From: Octopus vulgaris
Taxonomy: Eukaryota
NCBI GenBank assembly: GCA_951406725.2
Contig: OX597820.1
Coordinates: 620,001-684,000, forward strand
DNA length: 64,000 nucleotides
Direction: 5' to 3'
The position numbers and the translations under genes are program-made. The notes below the pieces were generated by a model. It had not been told where the DNA came from. It was given only the letters and a program-made list of their open reading frames with translations, and ran no database searches. Of this stretch, positions 62,901 to 64,000 are shown one piece after another (the stretch's first letter is position 1; each line of letters begins with the position of its first letter).

Positions 62901-64000
62901 TCATTTCACATACAGGCTTTTAATTTTCATCTACCAAATTCACTCATGGTTGGGGACAACAGAAGACACTTGCCTAAGGTGCTGTCCTAACACCACATGG
63001 TTAGAAAGCAAGTTTCCATACTACATAGCCATGCCTTTTTAAAAATTAGTGAAAGGAAAAGAAACCAGTTGTCTTCAGCAAGATTTGAACTAAGTACATA
63101 AAGAGATGTAAATAAATTCTGCGGTTTTTGTTTTTTTTTTGTATATATTCTGTTACATCTGACATTCTTATTTACAGCCATACACATTCAGAGCTTGTAA
63201 ACTTGCGAGACAAACAGATCTGGTGCAGACTGGGCAAGTCATTGAGGTCGTAAATGATGCTAAAAGGACTTTGACGAATATAGCTGATTGATTGACTAAA
63301 TGATTAATCAAACAATCAATTATTTAAGTAGTTAACTAGTTGATTAATAATAATAATAATAATGATGACGATAATAAAAGAAGTGAAATAGAACCAACGC
63401 GTTTATTATTGACGTAATGACCGTCCTGAGATACAAAAATATGTTCTAACATACGAGTTCACACCAAAAATCTTGCAAACCAAATACAAATACGAAATAG
63501 TGAAAGTGGATTTATTTTGTAAATCTAATAGCTTTCGGTGGTTTCTGGGTATAACTGATTTTTTAATACAATATTCGTCCTTATTTGCTGTCGATTTGAA
63601 TGAACTTCCGATTCATTATTATTTAAATTACATTTTAACTTTATTTACAACATTGGTGTTGATTTTAACACGGCGTGGGGAAGACTCTGAGACATCATTT
63701 GACATTTAAAAGAGAAAAAAAAAATAATTTAAACAAATGGGAATCCTCCCTGTCAAGTTTGTTTCCGCCAAATGGCATTGACCAAACAATATTCCTTGCA
63801 GACAATTTGATGTCCCTCATTAAAAAATGTTTATAAAGTGATTTATGTGGCGACAGAATGGATATAATGTAGTTGACAAAATATATAGTATGTAGTATCC
63901 TGTTTGATACGTTTTGTAATACTTTTATAATAAATTCTTATTAAACAATCAGTAAATAACGATATTTTGATATTCTCAAAATAACAAAAAACATCAGGAA

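Overview
Eukaryotic, AT-rich, repeat-dense animal DNA. The SINE/RTE families, the (TA)n and (TCTA)n tracts and the [11 protein letters not shown]-type zinc-finger array point to an octopus (cephalopod) genome; this is an inference. The window has three zones. (1) 1-33.5 kb: many Penelope-like elements (PLEs) sitting in (TA)n tracts. These include a young, near-intact RT+GIY-YIG element forming a 6.1-kb fold-back, several smaller fold-backs, and hammerhead ribozyme motifs (canonical and variant). This zone also holds Dong/R4-like LINE pieces, Helitrons, SINEs and two spliceable minus-strand exons of an adhesion-type GPCR (TM4-TM7). (2) 33.5-42 kb: an array of about 41 copies of a ~203-bp satellite. 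(3) 42-64 kb: RTE-clade LINEs, mariner remnants and a C2H2 zinc-finger gene with 15 fingers in one coding exon, in a visibly CpG-depleted domain. The best leads are a non-coding 482-bp tandem unit with two intact hammerheads (retrozyme-like), an in-phase U_UUU_UUA -1 frameshift site linking an unannotated upstream ORF to the PLE RT, and the recurrent fold-back PLE insertions. All calls were made by eye; no searches or folding programs were run.
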